A stretch of DNA of 61,589 bases, counting the filler. It is 8 parts of 8 records of this genome, joined end to end, with 100 filler letters (N's around TTAATTAATTAA, not from the genome) between each part and the next. Parts side by side here need not be neighbours in the genome. Positions count along the whole stretch, not along the records: positions 56,133 to 61,589 come from DRR723986_28305; 7 more parts are not named here. The stretch is one strand, 5' to 3'. This document shows, piece after piece, positions 57,433 through 61,589 of this stretch. Position 1 is the stretch's first letter. Every line of letters starts with the position of its first letter. A program made the position numbers and the translations under genes. The notes beneath the pieces are model-generated. The model worked only from the letters and a program-made list of their open reading frames with translations. It was not told the DNA's origin and did not search any database.

Positions 57433-59322
57433 TTAGCTTTGCCACTCCCAAGGGCGTGTGAACCCGCCAAGGACTGCGCTCACATCTTGGTCCGAACTTC
57501 CGTTTGGTGCAAGCTGTGCAACCAGTCCACGTTTCTTATCATCGATCACGGATTCAACCCGCGCTGCCACACCAGCTTTGTCCAACGCAGCGTTGTAAAT
57601 CCGGGTGATCGCCTGTTTGCGCAGCTCTGGCTTAAAGACCTTACCAACGGCCGTCTTGGGCAGCTCAGGCAGGATGGTCATATGCTTGGGTTGCGCAGCG
57701 CGTTCATGGACATGAACCTTGCAGTATTCCATCAACTCTTCGGGTGTAACCGTTGCACCGCCTACCAGCTCAACAAAGCCACAAGGCACCTCGCCTGCGT
57801 GTTCGTCAGGCTGACCGATGGCACCGGCAAAGGCGACCGCCTCATGACCTAGCAGCGCCTCTTCGATTTCAGCCGGATCAATGTTGTGACCACCGCGAAT
57901 AATCAGATCCTTGGCGCGCCCTGTGATCCAGACATAGCCGTCCGCATCGACACGCCCCAAGTCCCCGGTGCGCAGGAACTTTTCATAGTGATAGAGGTCT
58001 TTGTTTTTGTCGGCTTCGGTATAGGTGTTGCCCGGAAAAATACCGGGGTTTGAAATGCAGATCTCACCCACTTCGTCTGTCGCAGCTTCGACCGGACCTT
58101 CGGGCGTCACGTTGACGATTTTGACATCGGTGTAGGGGAACGGAATACCGATTGAGCCAATCTTTTTCTCACCATCCACTGGGTTGCCAGAAACCATACA
58201 GGTGGCTTCGGTCAAGCCGTACCCTTCGACGATGTTCACGCCGGTCGCTTCTTCGAACCGACGATACAGCTCTACCGGCAAAGGCGCTGAGCCTGAAAAG
58301 GCACGCTGAACCGAGCTGACATCGGCATCCACGGGGCGCTGCATGATCGCAGAGATAGCCGTGGGAACCGTGATGATGAACGAGACTTTCCAGCGTTCAA
58401 TCAGCTTCCAGAAGTTATCAAACACCCCTTCACCGCGATAGCCTTGCGGTGTGGGATAAACCACATGCGCGCCACTGGCGACCGAGGCCATGACGATCAC
58501 ATGACAGGCAAAAACGTGGAACAGGGGCAGCGGGCACATGATCACGTCTTTTTCGGTATAAAGCAGCGTGTGACCCAGCCAGCCATTGTAGATCATGCCG
58601 GAATACTTGTGCTGTGCCACTTTGGGCATCCCGGTGGTGCCACCGGTGTGGAAATAGCAGGCAACGCGATCTTCGGTGCTGTCGGCGAACTGCAGCGTTT
58701 TGGGCTGTTTCTTCAGCTCTTTGGTAAAGCTCTTGTAATCCGCATGCGCCACAAGCGCCTTGTTTTCCAGCTTGGGACGGATCAGTGGCACGATCCAGGA
58801 TTTCGGTGGCGTCAGATAGCGGTTCAGATCCACCTCAAGCACGGTGTTCACGCTGGGCGCGTGGCGCACGGCCTCGGCGGTTTTTTCTGCGACATCGGTT
58901 TTTGGAAACGGCTTGAGCGTCACGACAACCTTAGCTTTGGTTTCCCGCAGGATCGACGCAATCTGTTCTGGCTCTAGCAGCGGGTTGATCGGGTTGACGA
59001 TACCAGCCACTGCCCCGCCCAGAAACGAAATCAGTGTCTCGTTACAGTTCGGCAAAATATAAGCCACGACGTCGTTTTCACCCACACCCAACGAGCGGAA
59101 CAGGTTTGCGGCCTGAACGGTTTTGTCGTGCAGGGTCTGCCAGTCCAGCGTTTCGGCCTTGTCCGTCGGACCTGAAAAGATCTGGAAACTTGTCGCGCTA
59201 TTCGTAGGGAACTTTTTCGTGGTTGATGACAGCATCTGATAGAGCGTCACCGGAACGTCCCGATCCTCCCAAGGCATTTCGCTTTCGATCTTTAAACGAT
59301 CTTCCATACCCGTAAAGGCCAT
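57433..59322 (-). CDS. Acyl-CoA synthetase (AMP-binding)
   Basis: FHTGGTTGMPK, PLFHV, EGYGLTE, RTGDLG, GRAKDLIIRGGHNI, LPKTAVGK. Confidence 0.93.
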   Translation of the reverse strand: MAFTGMEDRLKIESEMPWEDRDVPVTLYQMLSSTTKKFPTNSATSFQIFSGPTDKAETLDWQTLHDKTVQAANLFRSLGVGENDVVAYILPNCNETLISFLGGAVAGIVNPINPLLEPEQIASILRETKAKVVVTLKPFPKTDVAEKTAEAVRHAPSVNTVLEVDLNRYLTPPKSWIVPLIRPKLENKALVAHADYKSFTKELKKQPKTLQFADSTEDRVACYFHTGGTTGMPKVAQHKYSGMIYNGWLGHTLLYTEKDVIMCPLPLFHVFACHVIVMASVASGAHVVYPTPQGYRGEGVFDNFWKLIERWKVSFIITVPTAISAIMQRPVDADVSSVQRAFSGSAPLPVELYRRFEEATGVNIVEGYGLTEATCMVSGNPVDGEKKIGSIGIPFPYTDVKIVNVTPEGPVEAATDEVGEICISNPGIFPGNTYTEADKNKDLYHYEKFLRTGDLGRVDADGYVWITGRAKDLIIRGGHNIDPAEIEEALLGHEAVAFAGAIGQPDEHAGEVPCGFVELVGGATVTPEELMEYCKVHVHERAAQPKHMTILPELPKTAVGKVFKPELRKQAITRIYNAALDKAGVAARVESVIDDKKRGLVAQLAPNGSSDQDVSAVLGGFTRPWEWQS

Positions 59323-59543
59323 GAACATTCCTCCCTATTTTGATTGCCCTTGTGCCGGGCATTTCATCCTTGTCCGCAGGATGGGGGGAATTTGGTTGCC
59401 ATGCAAGCAACGCCTTAACGTCAATTTCATGCCCCAGCGGAATGACGCTACGACGCGAAAGGCGCGACCTTTGCAGAGCCGCGCCTATTCTTCAGGTCAG
59501 ATCGGTGTTTTGCGTGAGATCAGCCCCACCGGTTTGATCGCGT

Positions 59544-61364
59544 TTAGCTGCCGAGACTGCCATCGGTAAATTGCAGTTTTGCAAGGCGCGCATACAATCC
59601 GCCCTCAGCGACCAATTCATCGTGACTGCCGTGCGCAACGATCTGCCCACCATCCATGACCACGATCCGATCAGCCTTTTTGACCGTCGCAAGCCGGTGC
59701 GCAACGATCAACGTTGTGCGCCCCGCGCTCAGCTCATCCACAGCGGCCTGAACCGCGCGTTCGCTTTCTGCATCCAAGGCGCTGGTTGCTTCGTCCAACA
59801 GCAAAACAGGGGCGTCGCGCAAAATCGCGCGTGCAATCGCGATGCGTTGCTTTTGACCGCCAGACAGCATGACACCGCGTTCGCCAACAAAGCTTTCGTA
59901 TCCATCTGGCAGAGCTGAGATAAAGTCATGCGCGGCGGCGGCCTTTGCGGCCTCTTCCACTTCGCTATCGGTGGCATCAGGACGCCCGAAGCGGATGTTT
60001 TCACGCGCAGAGCCTGCAAAAATCACCGGATCTTGTGGGACCAAAGCGATGTGTTTGCGGAACTCATCTTTGTTGAGATCCGTCAATGCCGCACCATCCA
60101 ATGTGATGACCCCTTGGTCAGGATCATAGAACCGCTGGATCATCTGAATGACCGTTGTTTTACCCGCCCCCGATGGGCCAACAAAGGCAACGGTTTCGCC
60201 GGGGTTCACTGTCAGGCTCAGCCCATCAAGCGCAACCGTATCGGGGCGCGCAGGATAGCGGAACGTCACATCCTGAAACGCGATGGCACCGGCAACGGGC
60301 TCTTGCAGTTGCATCGCCGTTTGCGGGTTTTGAACTGTATCCTCTGCGTTGAGCATTTCAATCAACCGATCTGTAGCCCCTGCTGCGCGTTGAAGCTCGC
60401 TCCAGATCTCAGACAAGGCCGCGACGGCACCGGCCACAAGCACCGCGTAGATGACGAATTGGATCAAAGCGCCTTCGCTCATCTTTCCGGCGCGCACATC
60501 GTTGGCCCCCATCCAAAGAACACCGACAATGCCTGTGAAAACAAGGAAGATAACGATGACCGTCAGCATCGCACGGGTGCGAATACGGGCGCGCGACACT
60601 TGGTATGACATTTCGGTCATCTCTGCGAATTGCGCCCGGCTGGCGGATTCGTGTGTGAACGCCTGCACGGTTTGAACCGCGCTCAACGCCTCGCCAGCAT
60701 TTCCAGATGACGCGGCGATCCAATCCTGATTTTCCCGGCTGATGACCCGCAACCGCCGCCCCAGGACCAAGATCGGAACAATCACGGCCGGCACGATCAG
60801 CAGAACCAAGCCAGTCAACTTGGCCGATGTCAGCAGCATCAATATCAAGCCGCCCACAAACAAAAGCACATTGCGCAAAGCAATCGAGACGGAGGAACCG
60901 AGAACCGATTGGATCAGAGTTGTATCGGTGGTGATCCGACTAAGCACTTCGCCCGTCATGATTTTTTCGAAAAACTCTGGGCTCATGCCGATCACACGAT
61001 CGAAAACGGCCATGCGAATATCAGCAACCACGCGTTCGCCCAAACGGGTCACCAAGGCGTACCGCAAACCGGTTCCCACTGCGAGCAATCCGGCGATCAC
61101 CAAAGCGGCCATAAAGTATTGATCGAGCAACGCTTCGTCAGCGACACGGAAATTGTCGACGACCCGACGCACGGCCAAAGGCAGCATCAAGGACATGCTT
61201 GCCGTTATGACCAAAGCCACCCCCGCCCCCAGCATCAACCCTTTGTACGGCACCATAAAGGGCCAAAGCGCCGAGAGAACGCCAATCTTTTTGGACGTTG
61301 CCCGCTCTTCGCTGCCACCTGGCACCTGGTTCGGCGCTGTTTGCGCAGTCTGAGATCTTGCCAT
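59544..61364 (-). CDS. ABC exporter, fused permease/ATP-binding (MsbA-like)
   Basis: Six TM helices; GPSGAGKT, VPQDP, LSGGQKQR, LLLDEATSALD, AHRL. Confidence 0.93.
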   Translation of the reverse strand: MARSQTAQTAPNQVPGGSEERATSKKIGVLSALWPFMVPYKGLMLGAGVALVITASMSLMLPLAVRRVVDNFRVADEALLDQYFMAALVIAGLLAVGTGLRYALVTRLGERVVADIRMAVFDRVIGMSPEFFEKIMTGEVLSRITTDTTLIQSVLGSSVSIALRNVLLFVGGLILMLLTSAKLTGLVLLIVPAVIVPILVLGRRLRVISRENQDWIAASSGNAGEALSAVQTVQAFTHESASRAQFAEMTEMSYQVSRARIRTRAMLTVIVIFLVFTGIVGVLWMGANDVRAGKMSEGALIQFVIYAVLVAGAVAALSEIWSELQRAAGATDRLIEMLNAEDTVQNPQTAMQLQEPVAGAIAFQDVTFRYPARPDTVALDGLSLTVNPGETVAFVGPSGAGKTTVIQMIQRFYDPDQGVITLDGAALTDLNKDEFRKHIALVPQDPVIFAGSARENIRFGRPDATDSEVEEAAKAAAAHDFISALPDGYESFVGERGVMLSGGQKQRIAIARAILRDAPVLLLDEATSALDAESERAVQAAVDELSAGRTTLIVAHRLATVKKADRIVVMDGGQIVAHGSHDELVAEGGLYARLAKLQFTDGSLGS

Positions 61365-61559
61365 GTTGGGCCCTTGTGACAGTTTGTTGGTTTCACGCTT
61401 TGATCCAGCATAAGCCAGATCCTGATCTCGCTTCTTGGCCCTCAGCGTCGGGCGGGTCAAGCGACCAGATGCCGCGACCCTAAAGTCGTAGGGAAAAATA
61501 GCCGCGTCGAGCTCTATGATTTTGGGATTTTGGTATTTGTTTCAACATACAGTTGGATA

Positions 61560-61589
61560 TGGAGCGGGTAGCGGGAATCGAACCCGCAC
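61560..61589 (-). tRNA. tRNA-Gly, 3' portion (cut by window end)
   Basis: Minus strand GTGCGGGTTCGATTCCCGCTACCCGCTCCA: T-arm, acceptor TACCCGC, U discriminator, CCA; anticodon not visible. Confidence 0.8.

Overview
This window is not one locus. It holds eight unrelated contig fragments joined by seven identical artificial 100-bp linkers (44 N + TTAATTAATTAA + 44 N), so adjacency across a linker means nothing. Taxonomic labels are inferred from gene content. (1) 1-8194, Rhodobacteraceae-like: enamidase/NicR-type nicotinate-catabolism cluster with an ABC transporter, a CoA transferase and the start of a ferredoxin. (2) 8295-14896, FCB-group (Kapabacteria/Ignavibacteria-like): tandem T9SS-secreted beta-propeller paralogs interrupted by a solo DUF262-DUF1524 (GmrSD/SspE-like) nuclease. 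(3) 14997-22446, Rhodobacteraceae-like: rplM-rpsI, tRNA-Thr, pxpBCA, MaoC-PTA/ackA, DUF1499, prfA. (4) 22547-30392, probably the same lineage as (2): a protein with 37 ungapped acidic decapeptide repeats, argD, a GyrI-like protein, an OMP-barrel/OmpA protein and two multi-hairpin noncoding elements. (5) 30493-41346, planctomycete-like: a decayed integrative island (tRNA 3' end, integrase stump, EAL and CsrA-receiver pseudogenes) that still carries an intact seven-gene cassette (DUF1257, DUF2997, Ycf46-like AAA, small membrane protein, lipoprotein, DUF3150-like, small protein). This cassette is the best candidate for an uncharacterised system. (6) 41447-49846, Rhodobacteraceae-like secA to radC-map region. 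(7) 49947-56032, Marinobacter-like ftsA-ftsZ-lpxC-dciA-M23-secA. (8) 56133-61589, Rhodobacteraceae-like esterase, acyl-CoA synthetase, ABC exporter and partial tRNA-Gly. All family calls come from motif recognition by eye; no database search was run.
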